This document shows, one piece after another, positions 63,491-64,000 of a stretch of DNA of 64,000 nt. The stretch covers positions 8,709 through 72,708 of the forward strand of contig CAWIGT010000006.1 of the NCBI GenBank assembly GCA_963835845.1, given 5' to 3'. This stretch comes from an uncultured Chloroflexia bacterium. GTDB lineage: Bacteria; Chloroflexota; Limnocylindria; Limnocylindrales; CSP1-4. The translations under genes were made by a program, and so were the position numbers. Numbering within the stretch: position 1 is the first letter of the stretch; each line of letters begins with the position of its first letter. Below the pieces are notes generated by a model. That model did not search any database. It saw only the letters and a program-made list of their open reading frames with translations, and was not told where the DNA came from.

Positions 63491-64000
63491 ATGGAGACCT
63501 CACCTCGACCTGAGCGGCCCGTACCCGCAATCGTCTTCGCGCCCGTCCCGGAACTGGACGCCGAAGCCTACGACCGAATGGCTCGAGAGGTGCGCGGCCT
63601 GCTGGGCATCGACCTCAGCCAGTACAAGCCGGCACAGGTGTGGCGCCGCGTGAACGGCTTCGCGACGGCCAAGGGCCTGCCCGATGCGGATGCTCTTGTC
63701 GCCAGAGTCCGCCAGGACGCGACTCTGCGCCAGGCCTTCCTGGATATGCTCACGATCAACGTCAGCGAGTTCTTCCGCAACCCGGAAGCCTGGGACGTCT
63801 TCGTAGCCCAGTACTTCAAGCCCATGCTGCTCGGCCAGTTGTCGGTACGAATCTGGAGCGCCGGCTGCTCGCTTGGCTACGAGGCGTTCACGATCGCCAT
63901 GCTGGCCCGCGAGATCGCCCCTCACACTCCCGTCTACATCCTCGCCACGGACCTGGACGACACGATCCTGTCTCGGGCGAAGAAGGCCGTCTACACCGAA
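63491..64000 (+). CDS. cheR: Chemotaxis methyltransferase CheR (N-terminal part; runs off the window)
   Basis: My own translation reads LLGIDLSQYKPAQVWRRVNGF...LDMLTINVSEFFRNPEAWDVF...RIWSAGCSLGYEAFTIAML...ILATDLDDTILSRAKKAVY. Confidence 0.85.
   Translation, partial: METSPRPERPVPAIVFAPVPELDAEAYDRMAREVRGLLGIDLSQYKPAQVWRRVNGFATAKGLPDADALVARVRQDATLRQAFLDMLTINVSEFFRNPEAWDVFVAQYFKPMLLGQLSVRIWSAGCSLGYEAFTIAMLAREIAPHTPVYILATDLDDTILSRAKKAVYTE

Overview
This is a 64-kb chromosomal segment of about 70% GC. The gene content includes a TIGR02530-type flagellar operon gene between flgD and flgE, cheC/cheD/cheX, a DevS/DevR-like GAF kinase pair and an IS3 element. That fits a motile high-GC Actinomycetota/Thermoleophilia-like organism, but the taxon cannot be proven from this window. 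Layout: (1) 1-7.4 kb is a redox/hypoxia-type block. It holds a pyruvate:ferredoxin oxidoreductase (PFOR) with an in-frame N-terminal receiver domain, a 6 x 50-bp tandem array, a heavily frameshifted acetyl-CoA hydrolase/transferase gene, an intact NarL-type regulator, a frameshifted GAF sensor kinase and a universal stress protein (USP). (2) 7.4-18.8 kb is an amino-acid/acyl-CoA catabolic cluster with a two-subunit CoA-transferase, a class-III aminotransferase, an aldehyde dehydrogenase, a HAD hydrolase, FixAB/bifurcating-type EtfBA and a long acyl-CoA dehydrogenase. (3) 18.9-27 kb is a lower-GC accessory patch with an IS3 element plus a solo IS end, truncated genes, a PIN/RHH toxin-antitoxin pair and orphan secreted proteins. 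(4) 27-39 kb carries envelope genes: FabI, an acyltransferase-3/SGNH protein, VanZ and a 4-gene ABC-2 transporter, followed by HDOD and beta-propeller proteins. (5) 39.1-52.6 kb is one translationally coupled minus-strand flagellar operon, flgC-fliEFGHIJ-(M23/SLT hydrolase)-flgB-fliK-flgD-flg_new-flgE. (6) 52.9-64 kb holds a Cys-rich sensor kinase/NarL regulator pair, then flaG-cheC-cheD-cheY-cheB-cheW-cheX-cheA, a convergent HD-GYP gene and cheR. No tRNA, rRNA or CRISPR was found. The main points for follow-up are the receiver::PFOR fusion, a FliK-like gene split exactly at a poly-C8 tract, an M23+SLT hydrolase and a displaced flgB inside the flagellar operon, three intergenic tandem arrays each sitting just 3' of a stop codon, and a strongly non-uniform distribution of frameshifts. 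The frameshifts could be assembly indels or real gene decay, and I cannot tell which without reads.
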